Assembly: GCF_004010195.1 (NCBI RefSeq)
Contig: NC_057752.1
Location: 6,336,044 to 6,400,043 of the forward strand
DNA: 64,000 bases
Direction of reading: 5' to 3'
Source of the DNA: Chiloscyllium plagiosum
Taxonomy: Eukaryota
In this document: piece after piece, positions 1 through 13,420 of the stretch
Position numbering within the stretch: the first letter of the stretch is position 1
How the letters are laid out: each line of letters starts with the position of its first letter
The notes under the pieces: model-generated
What the model saw: the letters and a program-made list of their open reading frames with translations, nothing else
Database searches by the model: none
What the model was told of the DNA's origin: nothing
Made by a program: the position numbers and the translations under genes

Positions 1-399
1 ACAATTCCAATCCACATCCCTGCTCCTTTGAGAGTGGAGCTCTCTCACTGTGCTGTCCCCCCCCCACCCCACCCACACAGCAAGAAAAAAAGTCCCTTTC
101 ACCCACCCCCACTCACTGGGACAGGGTGTTGCAATGTGAAGTTCTTTACAAGTGGACAGCTCCACTTAAAGTAAACAGTTTAGCAAATTAATCTTCCAAG
201 CAAAACAGACATTTCCAAACTCCAGCTCATTTCCTGTTGACACCCACACTATTAATGCCAGAGGGTTTGCTGCAAATTCCTGCTAATTTCCAATTTTAGT
301 TTGGAAAGAAGTCACAGGATTTGGACTTTCCCTCACATTCTAATAGTCACGGTCCATGCCCAAAGACAAGACACAGAAATGTAAACTACTAACATCTTT

Positions 400-597
400 T
401 CTCCACCCTATACCCACCACCACCCCGAACGATAGCATAAGTGCAGTCCTGCCACACTTCACGTCAGCTCTGATGAAGAGTTATCTAGACTCAAAACATT
501 AGCTTGCTGTCTCCCCATGGATGCTGCCTGACCCGCTGTGCTCTCCAGCATTTGTTATTTTCGGTACAGATTCCAGCATCTGCAGTAATTTGTTCCA
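400..597 (+). mobile_element. Penelope-like terminal repeat fragment (family C) with decayed hammerhead core
   Basis: CTGATGA-AGAGTTATCTAGACTC-AAAACATT at 470-500, then gatgctgcctgacccgctg...ccagcatctgcag, a tail shared with other Penelope-like copies in the window. Confidence 0.7.
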
Positions 598-1432
598 ACA
601 AGACATGAAGGCTGTTTAACATCCAGAATGCACTGGTTTATAGCTTTCAGTTGCTGTTGTTTGGAATACACTAAATATTTAGAGAAGAGAATCTCCCCTC
701 ATAAATTATATATCAGTCATCTGAACAGATTCTCAGAGAAAAGGAGCCTGGGAAAAGTAATGAGACGTTTAAGCGTGTGGGGGGAGGATGTGTTCAAAGA
801 TGAATCATGACAGAAATGAAAAGATTAAAAAGGCGAAGGCTATATCATCATGTTACAATTCAGTTGGTCCTTTCTTGTTTTTTTTACTTTAAGTTCAAGT
901 TGGGGGCATTTTGCAAACAGGTATTTTTGTCCAGAGATTCTTTTAGAAATTGAACACACAGCATTATGTCATGAGTTATTGAGAGCGAATCCAGGGTTTT
1001 TGGATCCACTTGTCAATTTCAGTGAAACTGAAGCAGAACAGACTGGTCAGCCAAGATCTCTCCCCCAAGCACTCTGCCCTTTCTGAGAACATACTGACTG
1101 GTGTTTAATAGGATACATTCAGATAGTTAATCACAAACTTATTCTTGGCAATCAATTCCATTATTTTGCCAGTTTTTGACGCAAGACCAAAGATTGGACT
1201 TGTTCTGTTGTCTTTTTGTTTTAGAAATAGGCCTGTTTCCAATCCAGTGCCACGTCTTAACTCTTTCCTCACAACAGAGACAGGGCCTAGGTTTGCCATT
1301 GTTTTAATAAGACCCTGGTGATTTTTTTCTCGAGGACCATTGGTGTTGGACTGAGAGCAGGCAGCCTCTTAATCGCTTGACTGTAGCTAGTGGGTCCCAG
1401 CACCCCCTCCTTGAACATCCACTAGCTACAGG

Positions 1433-1649
1433 GACGAAAGTGAGTACTGCAGATGCTGGAGATTTGAGTCAAGAGTGTGGTGCTGGAAAAGCACAGCAGG
1501 TCAGGCAGCATCCAAGGAGCAGGAAAATCGACATTTTGGGCAAAAGCCCTTCATCAGGAATGCTCCTCGGATACTGCCTGACCTGCTGTGCTTTTCCAGC
1601 ACCACACTCTTGGCTCTAATCTCCAGTATCTGCTGTACTCACTTTCGCC
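1433..1649. mobile_element. Penelope-like fold-back element (family A), two inverted arms
   Basis: gaaagtgagtactgcagatgctggag...gcacagcaggtcaggcagcatcc is reverse-complementary to ggatactgcctgacctgctgtgc...ctccagtatctgctgtactcactttc; decayed hammerhead core on - strand at 1529-1558. Confidence 0.8.
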
Positions 1650-1817
1650 CCTATAGCTAGTGGATGTTCAAGGAGGGGATGCTGGGACATTGTCAACAGA
1701 CACAATCTTAAAGTAACGGAAGCATTGAAGAAACCACATTAACATTTTTAAAACCTTCTCTCTAAGGATATGAGCACTATCAGCAAGGCCAGCATTTATT
1801 GCCCATCCCAATTGCCA

Positions 1818-2305
1818 GAGACGGTTCAGAAGAGATTTACCAGGATGTTGCCGGGTATGGAAGTGTTGAGTTCTACAGAAAGGCTAGATAGGCCGCGACC
1901 TTTTTCACTGAAGCACAGGAGGTTGAGAGGCAACCTGATGGAAGTTTATAAAATAATGAGAGACAGAGTTGATGGTAACTGTCTTTTCCATAAGATGGGG
2001 AATTTCAAGATGAGGGGGCACATTTTTAAGGTGAGAGGAGAGAGATTTGAAAAAAGACATAAGAGGTAAATCTTTTACGCAGAAAGTAGTTCGCGTGTGG
2101 AATGAACTTTCTGAGGAAGTGGTGGATGTGGGTACAATTACAATGTTTAAAGGGCATTTAAATAGATACATGAATAGGAAAGGTTTGGAGGGATATGGGC
2201 CAGGAGCAGGCAGGTGGGGCTAGTTTAATTTGGGGTTATATTTGGCATTGACTGGTTGAAGCAAAGGGTCTGTTTCTGTGCTGTATGACTCTATGACTAT
2301 GACTC
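1818..2305 (+). mobile_element. CR1/HER1-type LINE 3' fragment
   Basis: ORF2 C-terminal motifs VQKRFTRMLPGME, FSLKHRRLRGNLMEVYKIM; 3' UTR ends in (tatgactc)n tail. Confidence 0.9.
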
Positions 2306-2550
2306 TCACCATATTGATGTTGGTCTGGAGTAACGTGGAGGCCTGACCAGCTATTTCATCCATGACCGTGAAGCAGGTGGGTTTTCAGAACAATGCATTC
2401 ATTTCACAATCATTATTAATGCGATGAACATGTCATTCTAGATTTAATTCTGTTAAATGAACTAAAATTTTCTCAGCTACCATGGTGGGATTTGAACTCA
2501 TGTCTCGAGAGAATTAGTCAAAGCCTCTACACTACTAGGTCAGTAATATG
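2306..2550 (-). mobile_element. Old tRNA-derived SINE, interrupted by the CR1 copy (its tail lies at about 1765-1817)
   Basis: B-box-like gagttcaaatcccaccatgg on - strand near 2478-2500; tail ccagcatttattgcccatcc shared with CR1 family 2. Confidence 0.55.
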
Positions 2551-2749
2551 AGCAACCCCTTTGAGGGGTTAAGCAGTGAGAAAACAAGCAATTTGGAATG
2601 TCTTAGTGGGGTGACTGCATTACAGAAAAAAACATCAACCTAGTCAAAACCAGGCAGTGTTGGGGAGATGGCAATGAGCAGCAAAATCTAAGGAGAAAGT
2701 GAAAATATTAGCCAGACTTCCAACCACTGACCATCATACAAACTGATAA

Positions 2750-3110
2750 AGATCGGAACTCAGAGCAGGGGCAGGCCACTCAGCCCCTGGAGCCTTCTCT
2801 GCCATTCAATCAGAATGCAACCAATCTGATTACTCCACATTCCTCTTCTTTAATATTCACTCATGGCATGTGGGCATCTCTGGGTGGGCCAGCATTTATT
2901 GCCCATCCCTAGTTGCCCTCAAGAAAGTGGTGGTATAGTCCACGTGCTGTAGGTAGATAGACTCATTTTGACCCATTCCTGTCGACCTCCATAACCTTTC
3001 ACCGCCTTGCTTAACAAGAATCAATCTCCCTCTGTCTTAAACACAGTCAAAGAATCTACTCCCATGGCCTTTTGAGGAAAAGTGTTCCAAAAAACTCACA
3101 ACTCTCTGTG
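2750..3110 (-). mobile_element. Old CR1 3' fragment with a nested CR1 family-2 tail (about 2850-2960)
   Basis: gcaggccactcagcccctggagcc...aagtgttccaa...acaactctctg is the reverse complement of the CR1 3' end; embedded ccagcatttattgcccatccctagttgccc. Confidence 0.6.
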
Positions 3111-3989
3111 ATCGTCCAATCATCCTTGCTAGGAATGTGAGCATGAAGCTATTGGGTGAAGATTGACTGTGATGCTCTCGTGTTGGGGAAGCCACCACTA
3201 CCCAAGGCTAATTTCCAATGGGGCCTGGGTCAGACCATGGAGGGAGATCAATTTCTCAAGAGCTTCACCAAATGCAATGACACAACACAAAGTGCTAACT
3301 ACCATGACGATGGGAGATTATGCACAATGTACGAGTGACACTTGGGCAAGGGCTGGTTCAGTTCAGTGAGAAGGCCGTATGCAAAGAGAATGAGTGTTTT
3401 GACAAAGAGAGATTAGGAGATTGTAACTGGAATTTTGGGGTTGTGACCACACTCCCAAGGCACAGAGATTATATTCAATGTATCTGTACTGGTGGATAAA
3501 GGAGTCAGCAAAGTTACTTAATGAAGTTTATGAATGAGAAAAGGCTGAGATACTTCAATTACATTAGAGAGGCAACAATATGGCTTCGTTATCAATAGAA
3601 TGAATCATATACTTTCCAGGACACATTGGTTCGACTCACATGGATCAGGCCACTGAGGTTTAAAGAGTGGGAGGGGAGATGAGGTGACTCATTGTTGGGT
3701 CAGGAGCAGAGCTTGACTTTTCCAAATTGCTCCAAGTTGGAGGAGGCTGGACTGAAGGTGGGAAAGAAGGTGGGGACTGCAGCGAGAAATCCTGATTATA
3801 ACACGAGGAACGAGCATGTTGGATGGGATAATGGGGAGAAAAACAGGAAAGGGACATTCAGAGGAATGGCAATTGAGAAGAAAATCCAATCCCGATCAGA
3901 ATCTCTGATGTATGCATCACATTTCAATTGTGACACAACTTTTTGGAACAGAATAAAGACATCATTCTCCTTCAATAGGGGAACTTCTC

Positions 3990-4200
3990 CAACAACAGAC
4001 ATACCATCCACGTGATCCCAGGAAAGGCTCATCAGCAATTGGCTTGGGATTACATGAAGGATGTTACAGCAGTTACTGAGGCCTGGACACCTAAACAGGG
4101 ACAAGGATGGCACTCGGCTTTCACTACTAGTGGAACATGATGCTGGCGAATACAAGGCCCATGAGGCAATGAGAAAGGGAGGTGTTTCTAGGCTACAGAC
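3990..4200 (+). pseudogene. Very decayed CR1 ORF2 endonuclease N-terminus
   Basis: Frame reading QLAWDYMKDVTAVTEAW..QGQGW resembles the CR1 APE motif WDYDIVAITETW..GQDW; many indels. Confidence 0.3.
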
Positions 4201-5034
4201 AGATCATCTATCAGATTGGCAGATGATGAACTTGTCCTCATATCCTGCAGAGGGAGTGCAAGTAAGATGCTGCAAATGTCTTCTCAGGTTTGGGAGCAGT
4301 CTGACAGGGGTTTGACTACATCTGCACGACCATTACGAAAAGCTCTCTCCTGGCAAACTGATTCCTTTAACAGCTTTTTTTTCCAGTAACAATAAAGGCA
4401 GCCAACAAGTCGGTACAAACCTTACTTTCTACTGAGCCAGCACTGGTCGAAATTTGAAAACAGATCTGGAGGAAACCAGGAGTCTTGGAAGTTGGAAACT
4501 AATTCCTTTAATCGACTGTGGGAAGTGCTTATTTCACAGTTAGATCATCAGACTGACGCATGGAAAACACAATAACCCCGACATGAAAGTTTCAGATTGT
4601 CAGATTTAATAGCCTGTGCACTGAAAATTCTCCAAAGGAGCTCCCAAGAAGGTTGCACCCATAATCCAGATTATGTCACTTTAACATTGCAGGTTTGCAT
4701 CGATGGTGTGTTATTTCAGAAAGCATTTGTAACACAGTTAGTTGTTCTTTTAGAACTTATTTTCCGACTGGATGATGTGGGGACAATGTGAAAACCAACC
4801 AAAGACTATTCGTTCCATCAAAACTAATAGCAGTCTTTCCTGTTTCTCCCAAGATAACTGCACTTAAGGCCTGAGGCAGTGACTTGCCAAATACAGGTGA
4901 ACAGAGAGCTCAGCGGGTTGAAAATACATCATTGACTGAAAGTGCAGGTAGATACTAAGTTAGGAAAAAGGCGAATGGAATGTTGGGTTTTAGGAATCAC
5001 AACATGGAGTAGAAGAAAGGAGGCAATGTTTTTT

Positions 5035-5330
5035 TTACTTATTCATGGGATGAGAACATCTTTGACTCGGCCAGCATTTCTTGCCTTTGGGAAGATGACG
5101 CTGAGCTGCCTTCTTGAACTGCTAGAGTCCTTTAGGTAGATCCACAATGCTGTGAGGAGGGACGTTCCAGGATCTTGACCCAGTGACAACGAAGGAACAG
5201 CAATACAATTCCGAGTCTGGATGGTGTGGCTTGGAGGTAATGGGTGTTCCCATGTATCTACTGCCCTAGTCCTCGGTGGTAAACATCGAGGATTTGGAAA
5301 GTGCCGTTGAAGGAGCCTTGACCAGTTGAA
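5035..5330 (-). mobile_element. CR1-clade LINE family 2, 3' fragment
   Basis: Same sequence as 22345-22855 (ccagcattt...gagctgccttcttgaac...ttccaggatcttgacccagtgaca). Confidence 0.75.
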
Positions 5331-5667
5331 TTTATATAAGACATTGGCTGGGCCATTTTTAAATGAATATCTGCAGTTTTGGGTGCCTTATTATGGAAAG
5401 CACCTTAAAACCATAGAGAGCACAAAATCAGGGCCATCCTTTCAGGCCAGAGATGAGGAGGTTTTTTTTTAAGAGAGTTCCAGTCGAGGTTCGGTTGTTG
5501 ATTATTTGTAAGCCAGAGGCGGATAGATTGTTGTTAGGCAGGGAACCAAGGGATATTGGAGGTAGATGAAATGTGGAATTTAAAACGCAAACAGATCAAC
5601 ATTATTGAATGGCAGAGCAGGATCGAGGTGCTGAATGGTCCAGTTCTGCTCCTTTTTCATATGTTTA

Positions 5668-6535
5668 ACTTGATTTGATGTGGCTTGATTTGATTTATTA
5701 TTGTTTCATGTACTGAGATACAGTGCAAAATGTTGCTTTGTGTCCTGCTCAGACAGATCATACCATACAAAGTGCATCAGGGTAATAGCATAGAGCATAG
5801 AACACAGTGTTCCAGCCACAGAGAAGGTGCGGAGAGAGAGAGATCAATATTAACATTTGACAGGTCAGTTCAAAAGTCTGATAACAGCAGGGTAGAAGCT
5901 TGAAAGAACCTGTTGGTACGTGTTTTCAAACTTTTATATCTTCTACCCAATGGAAGAGGGTATAACCAGGGAGGGAAGGGTCTTTGATTTTGTTGGCTGC
6001 TTTCCTAAGGCAGCAGGAAGTATAGATGCTGTCAATGGGCGGAAGGCCAGTTTGTGTGATGGACTGGACTGTATTCACGACTCGCTGTAGTTTCTTGCAG
6101 GCTTGGGCAGAGCAGTTGCCTTACCACACTGTGATGCATGCGGATAGGATGCTTTCTATGGTGCATCCCTAAAAGTTGGTAAGAGTCCTTGTGGACATGC
6201 TGAATTTCCTTAGCCTCCTGAGGAAGTAGAGGCATTGTTGTGCTTTCTTGACTGTTGTGTCCATGTGGATGGACCAGGACAGATTTTGGTGACCATCACC
6301 CCCAGAAACTTGATGCTCTCGACCATCTCCACCTCAGCACCATGGATGTAGACAGGGGCATGCCCTGAAATCAATGACCAGCTCCCTCGTTTTGCTGACA
6401 TTGATAGAGAGATTGTGGTCTTTACACCATTTCCATCTAAACATTCAGTCTCTTTCCTGTACTCTGTCTCATCGTCGGTTGAGATCCAACCTACAATGGT
6501 GGTGTCATCAGCAAACTTGTAAGTGGCGTGGGAGT
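5668..6535 (-). mobile_element. Rex1/Babar-like LINE 3' part with RT remnant
   Basis: Minus-strand ORF YKFADDTTIVGWISTDDETEYRKE...VEMVESIKFLGV; (atcaa)n tail at 5668-5697. Confidence 0.85.
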
Positions 6536-6615
6536 GGAATACACTCCTTATATTGTGAGTGTACAAGCAGTATAGTAGGGACTGGGTACGCTGCTATTGC
6601 GGATTATCAATATAT

Positions 6616-6729
6616 AAAGTTAAAAATCACACAACACCAGGTTAGAGTCTAACCTGTTGGACTATAGCTTGGTGTTGTGTGATTTTTAACTTTGTACACC
6701 CCAGTCCAACACCAGCTCCTCCACATCAT
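6616..6729. mobile_element. Penelope-like fold-back element (family B), short hairpin without ribozyme core
   Basis: aaagttaaaaatcacacaacaccagg ... ttggtgttgtgtgatttttaacttt inverted arms. Confidence 0.8.
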
Positions 6730-7724
6730 CATGTTGATTTATCAGGGATGAGAAACTATAGCTCTCAGTAAAGGTGAGAAATACTTGGACTATTTCCACT
6801 GAAACTAAGTTGGCCAAGTTTTTATTTGCTTTAATTAAATTGTTTTTGAAGTAAGTGTTTCGCTAGAACTCCTTCTGCTGGTTGGGAAGCCAATAATGAG
6901 GGGTATAAAAGAGGGTGAGGAGAAAGGTTAAGAGAATTTTCTTTACCCGGAACAAAGAAATCTTTGCTACTGGCAAAGATCATCACAGCTTTGAAGGATA
7001 AATGCTTAAAGCAGAGGATATGAGACCATGGGGAGAAAGCAGGCTTGTGGAATTGGCTTGGGACTGCTTTCGCAAAAAGCCAGACAGAGACACACTGGGC
7101 TGAATGGCCTCCATCTGTGAACCTGTATTGTTCCACTTTACACAGAAAGCAAAATAGGCACCACCCCGGGGTTGAGACCAACCGAGAAACAGCAGGACTG
7201 GACAAAACAATGTTCCCAATCTTCCTTCGCCCTCAGGATTAAAAGTCAAACTCACACACCTCTCCAGAGCAATGTTCACACAAGTTTCTTTAGACCTCAC
7301 AACTTCGAAAGAGTTCTGGAACAATGCCGGCAGAGAGTTGGGAGTGGCTTGTCTGCCCACACTTTCAGTATGGGAATAATGTGTAACATCGGAGAAGGAG
7401 AAATGAATAGATAAAACAACCAAAAGCTTTTTGATATTGGAATCCCTTTTGCTACAAATAATCATAAGACATCCACAATTAACTAAATAATAAATTCCCT
7501 ATTCCCTGAGGTGATCTTATTCATCTCGTGACATTCTTCCTCATCTCCCACTCCTTTAATATGTCACAAATTGGGAGTTTATTAACCAGCCCATGAGAAG
7601 ATTAGTGGATGCAGTGAATGGGAACATTAGGCTCCCAGATCAGGAGAATCTGTCTGAGTCTGTCTAAGCTGTATTACAGAAACTACTTAAGCCTGCATCC
7701 ATTGTGTTGCACCTGCCACAGGAA

Positions 7725-8360
7725 TAGCTGGTACTTTCATTTTGCTACATTTAGAAAGTCATGGGTTCAAGTCTTACTGCTGACACTCAAGTGCATTATC
7801 GAGGGAGTGCTGCAATGTCAGAAGTGCTGTCTTTCGGGTGAAATGCTAATCTGAGGCTTGTCTGCCCTTACAGGTGGGCATAAAATATCCCATGGCCTCT
7901 CACAGAGCCACAGAATTATACAGCATGGAAATAGGCCCTTCGGCTCAACTTGCCCATGCCGACCAGCTTTCCTGAACTGAACTGATCCCATTTGCCTCTA
8001 TTTGGTCCATCATCCTCCAAGCCTTTCCTATCTATGTACTTGTGCAAATGTCACACTCCCTCTCTCTCCAAACCTTTGATCACATTGCCTCCCTCTCTTC
8101 AAATCTTTGAAGAAAAGCAGGGGAGTTCTCTGGGACAGTCGGGCCAATATTTATCCCTCCATCAACCTTTCAAAAACAAAGGGATTATCTGGTTATTCTC
8201 ATATTGCTGTTTGTCGGAGTTTGCTGCATGCAAATTGGCTGTCCCATTTCTCATCCTCCCTACAACAGTGACTACATTTAAACTGTATTATTACTGGAAA
8301 GTGCTTTGGGAATGTCCTGGGCTTTTTGAAAGGCGCCACAAAAATGCAAGACTTTCACTG
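7725..8360 (+). mobile_element. Deu-domain SINE (SacSINE1-like) with a CR1 3' fragment inserted (about 7900-8050, -)
   Basis: B-box gggttcaagtc; gagggagtgctgca..gtctttcgg..; gccaatatttatccctc; attgctgtttgt..gcaaattggctg; tail aaggcgcc..aaatgcaag. Confidence 0.75.
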
Positions 8361-9649
8361 ACATTTCTCACCTCTGTGAGCTGATATATTCACACAAAGT
8401 TAAAATAAAAGCACAACCACAAATTGGTATCTGATCAGACAAGTGACCTGACCTGTAATCAGACCTGTTTGTGCAGCTGAATTGATGAGATATGAAACAC
8501 ATCAAATCTGCATCAAAATAAAACATACTGACCTGGGTGTGGACTCAGTCATTGGTTCGGTTCTCTCACAGCAGACTGCAGTCTCATCTTGGACTAATGG
8601 CTTGCCAGTGTGTTTAAAGCCTTTTGCGCCAGCAGGACCCTTTGCACGTTGTTTATATAAAAAATAAAACCATTCATTTCCTCTCAGGCTTTTCAACACA
8701 AAGTTTGCCAAAAGCGCCTCAGCAAATTCTTTCCCCTCTGAATAAATTTGTGTAGATCAGGTACACTTTCATGTTGTTAGCAACAAAAGACAGTTGTGCT
8801 GTTCAGCAAAAGACACCTGCCTCCTCTATGTGCACATTTTACACTGAATGAATAGCTCAATGATACCTTTTAAAGGTCGTGTTGTTCTGAGTGACAATAT
8901 GCAGCATGTCTATGAACCACCCCCATAGACACCAAGATATCACTTAGCAGGTAAAACATTTAGACAGCACTCTGAAAAATGCAGGATATAACAGGTTCAC
9001 CACTGTTGTGGTCAGTTATCAAAATATTGTCTTCAGAACTCAATGTACGTCTTGATACCCGAAGACTATTTATTTAAGTCTGAAAGCCAACAGCACATTA
9101 GATCAGACCAAATATTCTATTAACCAATTCCCAGCAAGTCAGCTTTTTTAGTTTGCCCTGGGAGTGGAGAAGGCATCAAGCATGTGAATTCCCATGGGTT
9201 GCTCTCTACCAGAAGTAAAGTTCTTGAAACTACGATTCTATGGTCTTCAATGCGCCTCAAATTTAGTTTCACTTTTCTGTTTAGCTGCTGCCTGGCCTCA
9301 GTTGAAGCACTGTTCTCGGTCACCAATTTACCTGCTATATTCCATTCAAGTTCCTGACTGCTGCCAATAAGGAGCATCAGCCTGACAGACACTGCCTTCT
9401 CAGATCAAATGGCCTGAATAAAGTCAGTGACTGGAGCCTCACCTTGGTGGTGGATTTGGACGAATTTGAGTTCAGCACCATCATCCTGATACTTCAAGAG
9501 ATAGAATGTGTCCAAATGTGAGGAAAAGAGGAGCGCAGTGAGATTAATCGAATGGTTCTTTCAAAGAGCCAGCACAGGCATAATAGTCCAATGGCCTCTT
9601 CCTGTGCCATATCATTTGATAATTCCATGGCTGCCCTAGAAATTTGTTT

Positions 9650-9955
9650 TTACTTATTCTTTCACAGGATGTAGGTGTTACAGGCTGTCCAGCATTTATT
9701 GCCCATCCCTAGTTGCCCTTGAGAAGGTGGTGGGGAGCTGCCTTCTTTAACCACTGCAGTCCATTTGTTGTAGGTAGGTCCACAATGCCATTAGAGAGGG
9801 AACTCCAGGATTTTCACCCAGTGACAGTGAAGGAATAGTCAGGATGGTGAGTGTCTTGGAGGGGAACTTGCAGGTTGTGGTGTTCCCATGTATCTGCTGC
9901 CCTTGCCCTTCTACTTGGTGGAGGTCGCGAGATTGGAAGATGCTGTCTGAAGTTA
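9650..9955 (-). mobile_element. CR1-clade LINE family 2, 3' fragment
   Basis: ccagcatttattgcccatccctagttgcccttgagaaggtggtgg...; minus-strand RRARAADTWEHHNL. Confidence 0.8.
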
Positions 9956-12869
9956 GGCACAGGAAAATGATGGCAAGTATTTGTGTGGTTTAAAAGCAGA
10001 AGTGCCCTCCTTGCCTCCCAGTGTGACCCAGTCATCTGAGCTCAAAAGTGACAAAAAAGTCAGCCTCAATTGTTCAGCAGCTTGCCTGAGGTGGAAATGA
10101 ACTGATGAGGGCTGTGGGGAAGAATCAAACAGCACCAGCAGCTTGTGATTCCTGGAACAGAGCTATCTGCTGTGCTGTCTGAGCAATTATCTGGGCCTGT
10201 ATCCAGCATCAGCCATTGTGAAGCTGAGGAAATATGGGCAGCCTTCAACTCTGATGAGTTAAGGAAGCAGAGAGATGAAACAAGATTGGGAGGATTTTAT
10301 TTTTCTGACAAGCATCTTTGGGGATTTCAGGAGGCCAGGATGAAGAGGTGGGGGTTGAGGATGGTGATTCATTTTGTTTCAACCCCGCTTCACGAGCAGT
10401 CAGTGCACTTTTTGGGGTGGGGGTGGTGTCAGAGATGGTTTTGTCAGCCGTACCTACTCTGACTCAGCTCGACAAGAGAAGCCACACAGAACTGACCCCG
10501 TGTACTCCTGGCAGGCTCATTACACGTATGTCACAAGGGCATCCATCAGTTTGCATTATTCAGTGGAGTCAAATTCCATCACCTTATCACTGAATGTGGT
10601 ATGTCTTCAATTACTTTGAAGTAAATTCCAAATCACTTGCTCTTGATTAACTGCCAGGAATGTCTTCTCGTTGAGAGAGATTTTGTTTGCAACATTTTAG
10701 GAAAGGTCGTTAGTGTTGTCATTTCAAGCTCAGAAAGGGACATTCATTAACTCTTCAACAAAATGGCTTTTCCATCTTGGAATATCCTTCTCCAGGACAA
10801 TTAGGGATGGGCAACAATTGCTGGCCTTGCCAATGACATGTACGTCCCATGAAAGAATAAAAGCTGAGAAATGCATAACCAAACTCCCAGAGATTGAAAA
10901 GGCTGCTATTTTTACCATGGTCAGAGCTGCATTACAAGGAGAATCTCTTTTATAATGACTGCTTTGTAATTGAGTTCATAGCATAGGGATATCTACTTCA
11001 TTGAGTTTCATCACTATATAAAGGTAGGGTGGAGTGGATCATGGATTTGAATGTGGGTAGAACAGGCTTTGAGTGGACTACATACTGCAATATCATGGAA
11101 TGAATCGATGTGGTCTGTTTTCAGTGACCTGACAAACAGCGAGGTTGCTTTATAAATACTGCAGCATGTGCCCCAAGAACTCCAATCTCAGAATAAAAGC
11201 CTCTTGTCATTCTTTCTCCAGTTCCCACACCAGCCATCCTGACCTCTCTCAGGTGACATTTCCAAATCAGTACCAGTTTGGTGCCAAAGACACAAGCCCT
11301 GACTGAGCAAAGCAGTTTGGGGGTCCCCACCCCTGTCCATGTTACTCAAGACTCTCCTGCTGGCCCAGGCCCATGGCTCCATCTTGAATTTCCAGAGGAA
11401 GTTTCAGCAGATTGGAGTGAGTCTGCTGATACCACAGGCTGGCGGAGGAGGACAACAGTGGCACATTCATTTTGGGGCACAATGGCGCTGTTTCTGGCCG
11501 ACACAGTGGCACATGTTGAACCAGCTCATAGCCATGTGTTCATGTGGAGTGGAGTAAAGATGAGACACCTGCACGTTTCAATCTCCACGCTGCCAATCGG
11601 CAAATCTGATCCACTTCATTTTCAATCGACAATGCCAACAGGACAATAGCCGTAACTCGGCGAAACTCAGCTTCTTCATAATCCACTTTTTCCTCAAGCA
11701 AGGCCAGGGGAACAGTATCTGAGCACAAGCCCTGCAAGCCGAAACAGTTTTGTTGTCATAGATGCCGCCTTCTTTCTCCGTCTGCTAATTAGCACCCAAC
11801 GAGGGAGTGCTTTAAGCTGGTCCCTATCACAGTGAGGTTGGTGTTATTTTGTGCTCGATGATTGGTCGATCTCTACTTTGTGTGTAGAAATACATGCACA
11901 ATCTGCTCTGCAGCTCCCCTTCTCCCCAGCAAACAGAATTCAAATATTGATGGGCCGATATTTCACTGTACATTTGTGTGTGGGGTATTCATGGAGTGGT
12001 AAAACTCCAGCAAAGGGTATTGATCACTCGGGAACTCGCTGAAGGTGACAAAAGATGTGTCGCCACAAGTCAGCAGAAGAGGTTCCTCAAGGAGAACTGC
12101 TTGCAGTGTGTTCTAAGGCAGCAATGCATCAACGGTCATGGCCCTCAAGAGTGATGCCTGTTCCTAATGAGGCTTGTCTAAAATTGGGTCCCTTTTCCTC
12201 AAATGGAGATTAATTGCTGTGACAACCTCACCGATTCCTGAAAACAGAACTGCCCTACCCATGTGTTTTACCATTGATCACCCCGTGGACTACTTGAGTG
12301 CTGCCAAAACTTTATCTTTAGAATTACAAGATTTTTTTTGAAGGACTAATTCACTGGGTTTAGACTGTTGTGTGTGGTGGGGTCAGTGTCAATAATTCAG
12401 TGTGGCTGAGGCGTAGGGTCCATCCTGAAAGAGTAAAGACTGCGGCTGAATCATGACAAATTGGAAACAAGAACCAACAATTGGTTACCAAGAAATACAT
12501 ATGATGGAAATGGAGTGAGCTCATGACTTCTGTTGGCCATGATAGTTAACTCTGATTTTTCTCCTTTGCTTCTGAAGACATTGACACTGGCAGGGCCAGG
12601 CACCACATTTACTGGCAGCACCTCAGCTCATTTGCCCAAGTGGCCAATTTTCAATGAGTGTTGGCCGGGAGACCCCCATTTGTCATGGAGCTTGGCAAGA
12701 CCAGCCCTGTCCTTGTCTGACATCCATGCATTCCCACCAGAGCTGATGGGTTTGGATCAAGAGTGGGAAAAACTGGCTGAGTTTTCCACCAAGAGCAATT
12801 ACTGTTCTCACGTCAATTCTGTTCTCAAATCCACACAGGCTAGGATTTAACCTTGAGCTAATTGGAATG

Positions 12870-13420
12870 AGTGAAAAGTTTTGTTTTGCATGCAGTACAG
12901 GCAGATCTAGGGTACCAGGGTGAGAGGGGTCTTTGATGATGTTGGCTGCTTTCCCGAGGCAATGAGAAGTATAGTTGGAGTCAACTGCTCTGCCCAGGAC
13001 TGTATGAAACTACAGAGAGTTGTGAACACAGCCCAGTCCAGCACACAAACCAGCCTTCCGCACATTCACTCCACCTACATTTCCCGCTGCCTTATAAAGG
13101 CAGCCAACATCATCAAAGACCCCTCTCACCCCACTTATAATCCCTTCCAACATCTTCCTTTGGGCAGAAGATATAAAAGCTTAACATACGTACCAACAGA
13201 TTCAATAACAGCTTCTTCCCTGCTGTTATTAGACTTCTAAATAGACTCCTCAAATTTCAAATTTAATGTTGATTTTGTTCTTTGTACTATGCAGCTATAA
13301 CATTGTATTCTTTGCTCTGTTGTATTACCCTGATGCACTTTGATGATCTGCCTGTATTGTAAGCAAAACAAAACTTTTCACTATACCTGGGTACACGTGA
13401 CAATAATAAATCAAATCAAA
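12870..13420 (+). mobile_element. Rex1/Babar-like LINE 3' end (12981-13420) preceded by an inverted piece of the same family
   Basis: NCSAQDCMKLQRVVNTAQ...KAANIIKDPSHP; tail aataaatcaaatcaaa; 12870-12980 is a reverse-complement copy of part of the element. Confidence 0.8.

Noticed and set aside
4560..4800. Minus-strand LCYKCF..H resembling a Bel/Pao zinc knuckle
   Set aside because: Multiple stops and no other supporting domain
11188..11760. Overlapping ORFs (e.g. EEKVDYEEAEFRRVTAIVLLAL) considered as exon or Harbinger transposase remnant
   Set aside because: No recognisable motif, stops in all minus frames, no convincing splice pair
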